From: Eledone cirrhosa
Lineage: Eukaryota
Reading direction: 5' to 3'
DNA length: 64,000 bases
NCBI GenBank assembly: GCA_964016885.1
Contig: OZ024748.1
Location: 5,270,001-5,334,000, forward strand
Shown here: piece by piece, positions 14,135-27,463 of the stretch
Layout: each line of letters opens with the position of its first letter
Numbering within the stretch: the first letter of the stretch is position 1
Translations under genes and position numbers: made by a program
Notes under the pieces: generated by a model
The model's database searches: none
The model's input: the letters and a program-made list of their open reading frames with translations, nothing else
Told to the model about the DNA's origin: nothing

Positions 14135-14398
14135 TTGTTGTTTGTTGTTGTTGTTGTTTCAGCTCACACCTATGCAGGTTAAGCTGGGCTCCTCCAAGGT
14201 ATATCTCGTTGGAGGTGTCTTGGGTAATTTAATGATAGGACCCCAGTCCTATCATGTCATTTCTACAGCTGAGTAAACTGGAGCAACGTGAAATAAAGTG
14301 TCTTGCTCAAGGAAACAACACATCACCCGGTCCGAGAATTGAACTCACAACCTTTCGATTGCAAGCCCAATGCTCTAACCACTAAGTCATGCGCCTTC
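14135..14398 (-). mobile_element. tRNA-derived CORE-type SINE family 2, full length
   Basis: Minus strand GAAGGCGCATGACTTAGTGGTTAGAGC (A box)...GAGTTCAATTCTCGG (B box), then CORE-like CCTTGAGCAAGACACTTTATTTCACGTTGCTCCAGTTTACTCAGCTGTAGAAATG and an (AAC)n tail. Confidence 0.9.
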
Positions 14399-15082
14399 AT
14401 TTTTAGATGTAAGGAACTGCCTATTATATCGAGCCCAATATTTTACTCGTATTTTTTATAGACTCTCCTGGAAGTTTGAAAGGGATTCTTTGCCATGGAA
14501 GGATTTCAACCGAACTTAAAGGGCCGTGTCTAAATACCGCGAAGAATATTATCCGATGCTCTACCCATTTAGAAATTCATGTTGTTATTACTGCTTGAAA
14601 AGTGCAGTTAATATTGCTGGCGCAGATAATCCTTGCTCCGGGTTGATTAAAGTAAAGAATGATATTGTAATAGAACATTTCTTGGAAATAATTAGACAGA
14701 TGCTCAGCATTTATGTACAAATGATTGAATAACTTTGAAGAAATAACTCGTTCTAGGGACAAATGGAGTGTGAGAATCACCGGATATTATGTTTGAAAAG
14801 CAACATGAGTCAGGACAAAAACACACATATATAATTATATATACATATATATAGAGAGAGAGACATACACATATGGCGCGTTAACGGATTACACATAATG
14901 TAAATAAAACCTCTGTTGGTGGTAATAAAGAAATTATTATTATTTTTGTTAATAGTGTTGTCTATGAGATGAGGTCGTTTTTTTGGTATAAGATTCCATC
15001 TTGAGAGCCCATGGTATGGGGGCACACCCGATTTAACTAAAAACTACAAACTGTGGTCACACGTTTCACGTATACGTATGTA

Positions 15083-15140
<58 letters not shown>

Positions 15141-15151
15141 TGTATGTATAT

Positions 15152-15185
<34 letters not shown>

Positions 15186-15204
15186 CTATTTGTATGTATG
15201 TATC

Positions 15205-15236
<32 letters not shown>

Positions 15237-15276
15237 TGTATGTATGTATGTATGTATGTATGTATGTATGTATGGG

Positions 15277-15329
<53 letters not shown>

Positions 15330-15535
15330 CTCTCTCTATATATATATAGTGGAACTACCTGCTGAAACTGCAGGACCTCAGCTGTCGGGGTTCCGATTCG
15401 TTCACATTATGTACATAAATATATATATATCAATCTAGCTATCTATATATGTAAATATATGTAACTATATATATATATAAATATATGTAACTATATATAT
15501 ATATAAATATATGTAACTATATATAACTATATATG

Positions 15536-15614
<79 letters not shown>

Positions 15615-15616
<2 letters not shown>

Positions 15617-16079
15617 CTATATAAAGTAAGGAGCGCGGGACTGCGTACGGTTTATAATTTTTTATCATGTTAGTAAAATAAGTTGGATTAATTTGAATAA
15701 ATAATGAATTAATATTACATAATTTATATATTAAATTTCGTGGCTGTTGATTAAATATATTTTGTTTATTTAAAGATTCACTTCTTTAAAATTTCTGAAA
15801 TGTCAACACTTCCGGTTGGCCATCGCTTAAATAAATATACTAATTTTCTCCTAATGCAGTTAATATATAATATCGTCTTTTTTAATGAAGCATGGATTAC
15901 GTTACCGATTAAATAAGACAGTGTAAGGGTGTCTTCCTTCAATTTCTATGTATTATATATTGTCAATTACGATGTTATTTGATGTATCATATCTATATGT
16001 ATATATACCTGCGTATAATATCAATATACACACCACACACGCTAGCAGAAAACCACACTAAGGGTGGTTTTTCAGCTAG
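15615..16079 (+). mobile_element. Probable non-autonomous Helitron
   Basis: Ends in hairpin GAAAACCAC-ACTAAGG-GTGGTTTTT followed by CAG-CTAG|T. The 5' boundary merges with (TA)n and is uncertain. Confidence 0.4.
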
Positions 16080-16162
16080 TATATATAATATACATATATT
16101 TATGTAAATATATAAATAGATCTTCTTTATATACATATATATTTATATATATATTTATATAC

Positions 16163-16230
16163 AGTGAGTGTGTTCTGTTATTATTTCTGGCAATAGTATT
16201 ACAACAATATGACCCTCCCCAAGTATAACT
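16163..16230. mobile_element. (TA)n-adjacent short repeat family E
   Basis: GTGAGTGTGTTCTGTTATTATTTCTGGCAATA.TATTACAACAATATGACCCTCCCCAAGTATAAC also occurs at 33982-34080 (as a fold-back) and at 34240-34307. Confidence 0.7.
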
Positions 16231-16381
16231 ATATTTATAGGGATATATATCTATAGAGATATATATTCGTTTAATTTATAGATATATATATAAAGAAGAT
16301 CCTGTTAAGGGTGAAAGCAGCGATTCTTTGCTTAAATTTTAATCTGTTATTTTAATAAATAGTGTTCACATTTATTATTAT

Positions 16382-16435
<54 letters not shown>

Positions 16436-16538
16436 TAAATATATATATATAAATAGTATAAATATATATATCTATAAATTATATAGATATATGTCTCTAG
16501 AAATTATATAAATATAAATATTTATATGTATATAAATA

Positions 16539-16576
<38 letters not shown>

Positions 16577-16879
16577 AATAAATATATATTTATATATGTA
16601 TATAAATGTATATATCTATATATTTATATAAATGTATATATCTATATATGTATATAAATATATAATTATATTTGTATATAAATATGTGTTTGTGTGTATG
16701 TATGCATGGTATACATATATATATATATATGTGTGTGTATATAATACATGCATATAATGTATGTATAATAAATATATTATGCGTGTTATTCTCAATACAT
16801 CATATAACGTGACTTGAATATGAATACAGTATAAACAAAATTGAAACAAAACAAACACGAACATTGTTACAACCACCGT

Positions 16880-17240
16880 GACACTTACACCACCACCACC
16901 ACCACTACCATCACCACCACTACCTACATCACCACCACCACCACCAACAACAACACCACCACCACTGCCTACATCACCACCACCACCACCACCACCACCA
17001 CCACCACCACCACAAGTACCTACATCACAAAGACAATCACCACTATCAACCCAAACAATAACAATATCAGCAACAACTCGGCAACGAACAACACCAAACA
17101 CAACAACAACAACACAAACACCAACAACAATACAAACAACTACAACTCTAACAACACCAACAATAATACAAACAACTACAACACTAACAATACCAACAAG
17201 AATACAAACAACTACAACAGTAACAACACCAACAACAATC
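16880..17240. repeat. (CAC)n/(AAC)n degenerate trinucleotide tract
   Basis: Direct inspection. Confidence 0.9.
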
Positions 17241-17654
17241 GAACAGACTCCAAGATAACAAATATTCGTGGTTCAACTAATATTTTCTGAAGTTAGTGAA
17301 GAAAATAAATGAGTATATAAACGGAATGAAAGATAATGCTAGAAGGAAGGATTCTTCAATTGCTGACCATTTATTTTAGGAAGAATTAATCTTCCTCTAC
17401 CACACCTCTACCAAGAAGGCGGGGACAATGTGCAGGATTCCACGTGAAATAATACTACGAAATACATCAGTTATGAATAAAATTGATGTGTTGCAGTGAA
17501 TTATGTTGTTTGGTGGTGGTAGTAGTGATAGTGGTAGTTAGTAGTAGTAGTAGTAGTAGTAGTAGTAGGAGTAGGATAATTATTATTATCCTATGAAATC
17601 ATAAGAATATTGAGAATTTCATTTCACATTATGCAGTAATCGTTACACATACAC

Positions 17655-17732
<78 letters not shown>

Positions 17733-17740
<8 letters not shown>

Positions 17741-17953
17741 GTGAGGTTTTTTTTACAAAATGAAAAATAACCGAGGTGTCCTACACGAGTAAAAGTATAA
17801 AGAAAAAGAGATGTGAGAAAAACCACAGACCCTCCATCTCAACTCACCTTTTGAAAAGCAGAAGAACTGCGAAACCGGTAAAGGAACCAAATAAATATAT
17901 ATATTTAAAAAAAAAATAAGACTTCAGTTGCATTTTCGATTTCATCTCTTTTT

Positions 17954-17960
<7 letters not shown>
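17733..17960. mobile_element. (TA)n-embedded family F element with inverted terminal piece
   Basis: Shares both halves with 47290-47502, but the second half is in the opposite orientation in the two copies. Flanked by (TA)n on both sides. Confidence 0.8.
17847..17884 (+). ncRNA. Minimal type I hammerhead ribozyme, U3-A8 core variant
   Basis: CCTT-TTGAAAA-GCAG AAGAA CTGC-GAAA-CCGG-TA-AAGG. Stem I is CCTT/AAGG, stem II is GCAG/CTGC, CCGG is palindromic, and the cleavage site is GUA. Confidence 0.65.
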
Positions 17961-18008
<48 letters not shown>

Positions 18009-18035
18009 AACATATATACATATATACATATATAC

Positions 18036-18116
<81 letters not shown>

Positions 18117-18580
18117 TCTATAGTATAAATTAATATACGTGTATACATATGTATATATATAGAGAGATAGACATATATTTATACATATATATCTATATAA
18201 ATTGTATATATTTATACACTATATATGTATGTCTAAAAAATATACCTATATATATAATATATATATACAATATATTTGTATATATAAATTATATAAATTT
18301 ATACGCTATGTTTGTATATACTATATATATATTTGTATATACTATATATATATGCATACACAAATATATATATAACGCGCATATATTTATAAATATTTAT
18401 ATATATATCAGAAGATCCGATAAGGGTGAAAGCAGCGATTCTTTGCTTAAACTTTAATCTGTTATTTTAATATATATATATATATATACAGCAAATATAT
18501 ATCTATTAATTATTATATAGATATCATCATACACACTATATATATGTATGCATAATGTATATATATATTGATTATATACG

Positions 18581-18611
<31 letters not shown>

Positions 18612-18680
18612 CAAATTTATACGGGAACAAAACAGAGAGGCAGATAAATAAAGGTTTATTAGGTTCACGCTTTTGAGAGT

Positions 18681-18720
<40 letters not shown>

Positions 18721-19086
18721 TTATATATATATATACACGTCCCATATACCTGTATATAATATACATATATGTTTATTATTTCATATATATATATACACGT
18801 CCCATATAAATATATATAATATACATATATATTTATTATTTTATATATATATACACGTCCCATATATGTATAATATACATATATATTTATTATTTTGTAT
18901 ATATATAAAGTTTATATTCTTTAAATAAATATACATAAACATTTATTCATATATCCTATACATGTATATATATATATACATATATTTATATATATATATA
19001 CGTATATATATACATATATATCTATATGTATATATATACATACATATACACATATATATATATATATAAATCCATACACACACACA

Positions 19087-19184
<98 letters not shown>

Positions 19185-19804
19185 TATATATATATATATA
19201 GTGGCGGCCAACTCGTTTTCGAGTACGGCCACTACTTTATATCCATGTAGGAGAACCCCTACCGATGCGTTGAACGAGTGTGACTTTTTAGTCCAGCCAG
19301 CGACTTGAAAACTCTGGTACAAACACTACACTTGTGACAATTATTGACACATAGTACTGGGCCCATGGTACCATGTGATGACAAGTGCAAAGAGATCTCC
19401 AGATATAAAGCAATGTCTGTGCCGTGAAGCTTTTATAGTGAGCAAAGGCACTGCACAAATCCAGTCCCACTCTCTTAACCAAGATGATATTTAACAAAAA
19501 GAAGAACAAGTCAACATCATTGGATACCATCAGGATTCCAGGCGTTATATCAGTGTTTTCCTTCTCCTAGAATTCTGCCTTGACCAAGGCTAAGGGGTCA
19601 TCTCTCCCAGTGATTTTGGATGGCCATTGACTCTTAAGAGCTTTTTTTCCTTTTCACAGGTTTTGTTTTTAGTCCTGCAGGATGTCCAAAGTCACCCTCT
19701 CACCAAGAAACCTTGGTGGGGTTGCCAGTTTAGTCGCCAACGACACGACCATGGGACAGGTTGTACTGGGATACAATACAGTACAGTATATATATATATA
19801 TATA

Positions 19805-20620
19805 CTAGCAGCAGTACCCAGCGTTGCCTGGGTAGGTACCCAGGTACCCAACGTTGCCTGGGTAGGTAAAATAATATCTGCTTTGTTGAAAAGGTGTTGA
19901 TCTTAGAGATTGCTTCTCGATGACTCATCTATGGCCACACACAGGCCATGCGGGGGAGCGTGGTGATGACTTCTATCACTGAGAAACGCGGCTGACTGAC
20001 GAAGGGGCGTGCTGGGGGAGGGACTTTCGAATTTGAACGAAATCGGTTGAAAAATGTGCAAGTTAGAGCCGAAAAGGCGGAAATATGAGCGAAGAGGTGG
20101 TATTTTCGAATATTTAAGCGGCTGTCACGCTGTCCCTAAAAAAAACATCCAAAATATAAAGCCACTTTACGACGAGGAATAATCAGATCTTACGTAGTGT
20201 AAAATTTGAACAAAGTAGGTTGATTAATTTGAGTCTAAAATTGGTATTTTTGAACATTTAAGCAGCTGTCACGCCGTCCCTGAACAAGAAATGCAAAATA
20301 TAAAGGAATCTCAGGATGTGCAATGATAAATTCTATTTTGTTTTAAAATTTGAACGAAATCGGTGGCAAAATGTGGGAGCTGGAGCCAAAAATCTTATTT
20401 TTCGATACCTAAAAAAAGGTGACCCCCCTCCTATCGATTTTTATCTGCAGAATGACCCGGGAATAAATAAAACGATACGCTGATATATAGAAAACACTCC
20501 CCGATGACTACTCTATGAGCCTGTAAAGTTTCATGAAAATCGGTCGTAAGATGTAGGCTCCTATAGGTAACACACAGACACACACACACACACACATACT
20601 TAATTTTATATATATACAGA
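19805..20620 (-). mobile_element. Non-autonomous Helitron
   Basis: The minus strand begins A|TCTGTATATATATAAAATTAAG followed by a (TG)n microsatellite. It ends with hairpin CCCAGGCAACGCTGGG-TACTGCTG-CTAG|T. Internal repeats AAATTTGAACGAAATCGG are present. Confidence 0.85.
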
Positions 20621-20696
20621 TATATATATATATATATAATTCATTCAGGTTCCTATGAATATATATATATATATATGAATATATATATATATATTC

Positions 20697-20730
<34 letters not shown>

Positions 20731-20753
20731 TCATATGAATATATATATATATA

Positions 20754-20815
<62 letters not shown>

Positions 20816-20836
20816 TATATATATATATATATATAT

Positions 20837-20873
<37 letters not shown>

Positions 20874-21383
20874 TAGTTCTCTTTCGTCCCGCTGTGCCTC
20901 TACGTCTCCCTCTCTTTCTATCACACACTTATCACTAACTTAAGCACGGTGAGAGTGACGGCGACAACAGAAGCTGGAAGTCAATGCGGCGGCGGCGGCA
21001 CCGAGGGGATTTAGAACCAGTCGGTTAATGAGGTAGGGGGTCAGTAGTGGCGGCAGCTCTGTTAGGGTCTGTTGGCTAATGAGGTGGCGGCTTCGGTAAA
21101 GGACCAGTCTGCTAATGAGGCGGGTCAAGCGGCATCTTCTCTTTAGATCTTCAAAGGATCTCCGATAAGGCTCATTGGTTGGCCGGACGGGAGACTCCAA
21201 ACAAACTCTGAACATACATATCGTTCAACACGGACATCTGAAAACTGTCCTTGTATAGCAATGTTTGGTAGGGGACGGTGAGGTGATGGATGCTGGACAG
21301 GATTATAGATGGGATTATATATATATACACACACAGATATCTATGTATGTCTATATGTCCACCCCCTCTCTCTCTCTCTCTTC

Positions 21384-21446
<63 letters not shown>

Positions 21447-21582
21447 TATATTTGTGTATGTATATTTGAGCATATATTTATGTGTATATATATAATATAT
21501 ATTTATACACATAAATATATGCTCAAATAAACATACTATATATATATATATATAGAATTATTTTTATGTATATGTGTGTATG

Positions 21583-21618
<36 letters not shown>

Positions 21619-21648
21619 CATATATACACACACACATATGTACACACA

Positions 21649-21687
<39 letters not shown>

Positions 21688-21924
21688 AATACTTGTATAT
21701 ATACGTATATATTTATCTATATATATAATTGACTTTCTCTCATTTTAAAATTATCATGTCCATTTATAGTAATTTTTTTTTCTAAAATATTTTTTTCTAT
21801 CCTTACATTGTATTTCCTAACGAAGGGCAAAAGCCCGATAAGTTGGACACCTTTTCTACCTTTCATCAAAGCGTAAACCTTATTCCTTTGTTTTGTATAT
21901 GTGTTTGCCTTTTTAAATATATAT

Positions 21925-21955
<31 letters not shown>

Positions 21956-22459
21956 AGTATATATACATACTGCGGGAGAGAGAGATAGAAATACTTCATC
22001 AAAACCAATATTAACGTCAATCACACCAAAATAGCATCTGTATACTTCATATATAAATACAAAACCTTTGAAGATGCGACATTTTTTACGATGTGTCTCA
22101 AAATTTACGACCTCCTTAAATGTCATCGGCACCATTTTCACTGACAGCTTAGTCATAAAACACAGCCACCCCTCAACGCCCTCTGGCTTAGAAGGAAAAG
22201 AAAACCCATTTAATTGCTTTATAATGATGGAACGTTTACATACATACACACATATTTGTTTATACATATCTGTCTATCTATCTATCTATCTATCTACATA
22301 TATATCCATACACATACAACCTCACACACACATATATATATAAATATATATATAAATCCATACACATACAACCTCACACACACACATCACTCTCTCTCTC
22401 TCTCTATATATATATATAAATCCATACAAATACAACCCCACTCACACATCTCTAACACA

Positions 22460-22514
<55 letters not shown>

Positions 22515-23155
22515 CAGAGATAGATATTAAATAAACATTATGTACTTGATATGTGAGTGTCTGAAGAATATGTTAGGTTATCTACAATTTCTATGTACTA
22601 CTTCATCTCAAATATGACCATACGACCTTACATGTTACACCAACAGCTAATATATATATATATATATATACATGGTATGGTACAGAAGAATTGGCAACAG
22701 GTTGTTAAAAATTGCAGTTATCGATCTTCGAATTGGTCGTACATAGTCACACCCCTCACGTATTCTACGACACATTTAATGTACGATAGTTCAGGTAGAA
22801 CTATGCAGATGTCTACACTCTGTAAAAACGCTAAAGAATGTTGTTTGTGTGTCTCAGTGTATTGTATTAACACGATCCGGTAATATCTTCGATCAGTGCA
22901 GTCATGATTTTAACGCTTTACCATATAACTTGTAAATTAATTAATATGGATTTTATTTATTGTACAAACTCCTAGTATTTTCTTATGAAATCATAAAAGT
23001 TATGTTCGAAGAATTTCCTATAGCGAGAACAATGTAAGAAAATGCAGAATCATGCTCAAGTCATATCAGCCAATATTTTGTCAGCTCATGTGACATTATC
23101 AATGAATGCATACATACAGAATATGTTCTATTGTGCCTGTATATATACACACATG

Positions 23156-23206
<51 letters not shown>

Positions 23207-23709
23207 GAGTCGGAACCCAGACGTCTGAACTCTTGCCGTTTCAACAACTAATTAAGCTCAGCCGTCGGGGTCCCGACTCCAGAGTACTCGATACCCACGT
23301 ATCGAGTACTCTGAAGAGTAATGGTCTAAAATGGTCTTCACTGCATCCATATTGATTTATATATATATATATATATATCATATAGTAATAATAATAATTA
23401 TTATTATTTTAATAAATATATATCATATATTGAGTTATAAACTCAAAATAGTCTTTTACAATTAAATAGCTCAAAGAAGGGAATATTTCCGAGCCGTGTA
23501 ATACAAATCAATATATGAGAGGGATGGACACTGATACAAGTATACATGTGTTCGTATTGTAAATGACCAAGTTTGCTAGGTTGAAAAATACTAATTTAAA
23601 ATAATATGGTTTGCCTGTCTCGATTTAAAGTAATAAATCAATAAAACTTGGTAATTTACAATTCGAACACATGTATACTTGTATCGGTGTTCATCCCTCT
23701 CATATATTC

Positions 23710-23793
<84 letters not shown>

Positions 23794-24525
23794 GTCCATG
23801 CACTTGAAGACGTGGAAAAGGAATTTGCACTCACTGTTACAAAAGACAATGAGGCATAGAAATTTAGCTAGGAGAGTTAGATGAAGGGAGAGAAAGCTGG
23901 GGAGAGAAAGGTTTTATTTAAGTTGACCTAACAGAAGTACAAATTATAGAAGTTGATAGCCATACCGCTAGAACGGCAATTGTCTTTCTTTTTCATATTC
24001 ATTTATCTTTTGAAAATAAAATATACGATGAATTCTACATGTAATTCAAACGTCCAGCCTGTTCACGCAGTGTTACAATGCCCGTCACGAAGATTTTCAT
24101 TTATTGCACAAATGCCTGTGGAATATTCAGATACTTGTGCCATAGTTTCGCTAGAAGATATATACCGTTGTTCGAATAAATTGAACAAACATCGTCGAAA
24201 CCGACGAAGATCCACCCCATTCTATACTAAGTGTGAGAGAGAGGGCTTGTTTGTGGGATGGAGGGGGGACACAGAATGATACAAGCGCTAAAAAAAAGGA
24301 GCGAATAATGGGCGGAGAAATGAGATATTTACATGAAAAGGCGGAAGAGGGCGAAGGAAGAGAGACTGATTGAGTGAATGGTAGAAATGAAAAGGAGGGG
24401 GAGGAGGAGAACAGATTAAGGTAGAGGAAGGTGAGTGACAAAGAATCATGTTTACCTCTTTTATTCTATGTCACATCAGACCGTTACAGATGGTGGTGAA
24501 ACAATACGACTAAGCTTGTATGTGA

Positions 24526-24562
<37 letters not shown>

Positions 24563-24687
24563 CACACTCACATATATATATATATATAGATATATATACA
24601 TATATACATACACATATATATATATATACATATATACATACACACACACATATATATATATATATATACATATATACATATGTATAC

Positions 24688-24718
<31 letters not shown>

Positions 24719-24839
24719 GACATATATATATACATATATATACGAATATATACATATATATGTATACATATATATATATATATAATTATATATATAATTA
24801 TATATATATATAATGTTATACATATATATATATATATAA

Positions 24840-24881
<42 letters not shown>

Positions 24882-24920
24882 GGGTGTTAAAGTTTGCTTG
24901 AAGCATTGTGAAATGTGTAA

Positions 24921-25217
24921 AAATACGTATTTAAGAAAGCCACAACAATGCAAAGGGAAATCTCGAGGTAGGAAGTGAAATATAGATAGGAAAAACAGGT
25001 GAAAGTGAAAGTTGAGAGAGACAAAGATGAAAACAAAACAAAGGTAGAAGGGTTACCGTAGTAGAGATTTTAAAATCTCTACTACGGTAACCCTTCTACC
25101 TTTGTTTTGTTTTCATCTTTGTCTCTCTCAACTTTCACTTTCACCTGTTTTTCCTATCTATATTTCACTTCCTACCTCGAGATTTCCCTTTGCATTGTTG
25201 TGGCTTTCTTAAATACG

Positions 25218-25222
<5 letters not shown>
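24921..25222. repeat. Perfect 302-bp palindrome (151-bp arms, no spacer)
   Basis: Checked base by base. The axis lies between 25071 and 25072 (AGAGATTTT|AAAATCTCT), and the right end abuts (TA)n. Confidence 0.95.
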
Positions 25223-25248
<26 letters not shown>

Positions 25249-25252
<4 letters not shown>

Positions 25253-25395
25253 GTAGAACACTGGAAGGTAATATCCGTAGTGGCAGAGCACTCAGTCTAT
25301 GGGACGAGTTAGGTAGAAGTGGTTACACAACAGTTAGTTCACCATACCGAGAACAATTGTTTCACCTTAACGGATCCTCAGCTCGTAATCCGATT
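25249..25395 (-). mobile_element. (TA)n-embedded family B element
   Basis: GAACACTGGAAGGT.ATATCCGTAGTGG.AGAGCACTCAG..ATGGGACGAG...GTTCACCATACCGAGAACAATTG also occurs at 33770-33916 and 50358-50491, both as fold-backs. Confidence 0.85.
25348..25385 (-). ncRNA. Minimal type I hammerhead ribozyme
   Basis: Minus strand CGAG-CTGAGGA-TCC GTTAA GGT-GAAAC-AATT-GTT-CTCG. Stem I is CGAG/CTCG, stem II is short, loop III (AAUU) is palindromic, and the cleavage site is GUU. Confidence 0.7.
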
Positions 25396-25420
25396 ATATA
25401 TATATATATATACAGATATG

Positions 25421-25452
<32 letters not shown>

Positions 25453-25506
25453 CATATATATACATATACATATATATATATATATGTATATATATATATG
25501 TGTGTA

Positions 25507-25571
<65 letters not shown>

Positions 25572-25688
25572 GTATATATATATATACATATATATATATG
25601 TATATATATATATACACGCACACACACACCCACACGCGCGCGCGTGCACACACATATATATATATATATTATATTATATTATATATAT

Positions 25689-25796
25689 AATCCCGCCGAG
25701 GTTAACTTTGCCTTTCATCCTTACGGGGTCGATAAAACAAAGTACCAGTAATGTACTGATAATTGCTGGCCTTTTACCAAAAGTAGAAACAATTAT
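25689..25796 (+). mobile_element. SINE family 1, 5'-truncated
   Basis: AATCCCGCCGAGGTTAACTTTGCCTTTCATCCTTACGGGGTCGATAAAA... through to the tail. Confidence 0.9.
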
Positions 25797-25861
25797 ATTA
25801 TATATATATATATATATGCTCGAGAATATAAATTTCCCTGTAAATATTAAAAAAAAGTTAA

Positions 25862-25912
25862 ACATTTTTACACGATTTTCGGATATTATTGGACCCTCAT
25901 CAGAAGAATATA
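25862..25912 (-). ncRNA. Degenerate hammerhead ribozyme motif
   Basis: Minus strand ATATTCTT-CTGATGA-GGGT CCAATAAT ATCC-GAAA-ATCGT-GTA-AAAATGT. Stems I and III are imperfect. Confidence 0.45.
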
Positions 25913-26295
25913 TATCATCCAATCAACCACAAAGAACCTGTTTTTGATTGGTGCATATAACCATTCGCTCATAGTATTCGTCTGAAATGAACATACTAAA
26001 TAACATATAATTAGCGCACTTATTTTTATTTGATTAATAGATATAGTGAGAAGTGCGCTATGAGGTGAAATGTATGATAAAGTGACATGTGTATAAATAT
26101 AGAGTTTGGAACCGAGACTGCACCAATACAGAGAGAGGAGAGAGCGATAATAAAACTCCAGCCACTTACATCTAAAGTCACTTATAGTTTACTTTAGACA
26201 CACTTGTATATATATACTCTGCATGTGTGTATATATACACGCATATGTTAATATTCGTTTGTGCCTATATAAATATGTATATATATATATATATT

Positions 26296-26493
26296 TATTA
26301 AAATAACAGATTAAAGTTTAAGCAGATTAAAGAATCGCTGCTTTCACCCTTAAGGGTGAAAGCAGCGATTCTTTGCTTAAACTTTAATATGTTATTTTAA
26401 TAAATATTTGCTCTACGGTTCTTATATATTTGATATATATTTATCCTTATCGAGCCCTCTTTGGATTTTAGTCTTCAAATTTATTATTATTAT

Positions 26494-26497
<4 letters not shown>
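26296..26497. mobile_element. Family A fold-back copy
   Basis: Inverted arms meet at CACCCTT|AAGGGTG (26351/26352), followed by the family A tail and (TA)n. Confidence 0.8.
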
Positions 26498-26545
<48 letters not shown>

Positions 26546-26547
<2 letters not shown>

Positions 26548-26827
26548 CGAAGGAAATGTGGTAAGGAACCAAGTGGACCATAACGCACCAAAGTAGTCAA
26601 TACTTAGGGTAGTAGAGTGGGTAATAGGAACGAGTAGGGCCCCGACGGCTGAGCTCAAGCCGTTTCGACGGCTAGTTCTGGACTAAATTTAGTCCAGAAC
26701 TAGCCGTCGAAACGGCTTGAGCTCAGCCGTCGGGGTCCTACTCGTTCCTATTACCCACTCTACTACCCTAAGTATTGACTACTTTGGTGCGTTATGGTCC
26801 ACTTGGTTCCTTACCACATTTCCTTCG

Positions 26828-26829
<2 letters not shown>
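26546..26829. mobile_element. Family D fold-back copy: 284-bp palindrome inside (TA)n
   Basis: 142-bp arms with one mismatch and axis GGACTAAA|TTTAGTCC (26687/26688). Same sequence as 57331-57472. Confidence 0.9.
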
Positions 26830-27198
<369 letters not shown>

Positions 27199-27261
27199 TT
27201 GTGTAAATGATGTTGAATGCTAAATAAACGGAAATCCACAAGAAAACATCTACTACAATAA

Positions 27262-27463
27262 TAATTATTTTTACTTTAGCCACAGGGCCAACAATTTTGG
27301 GGGAGGGAAAAGTAGCTCAAATAGACCCCAGTGCATTACTGGTACTAAATTTTATCGACCCCGTAAGGATGAAAGGCAAAGCTAACTTCAGCGGGATTTG
27401 AACTCAGAACATAAAGGGCTGTAATTCTATGGTGTCCGATGCTCTACCGATCCTATCAATCTA
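27262..27463 (-). mobile_element. SINE family 1
   Basis: Reverse complement of the family consensus, including the tRNA head and tail. Confidence 0.85.

Noticed and set aside
19995-20045. CTGACGA...GAAA hammerhead-like words (also 22561, 46568, 49454, 56532)
   Set aside because: No convincing stem I/II pairing or correctly placed NUH site.
22670-23142. Possible mariner-type MITE between TA tracts
   Set aside because: The terminal inverted similarity is too weak and there is no second copy.
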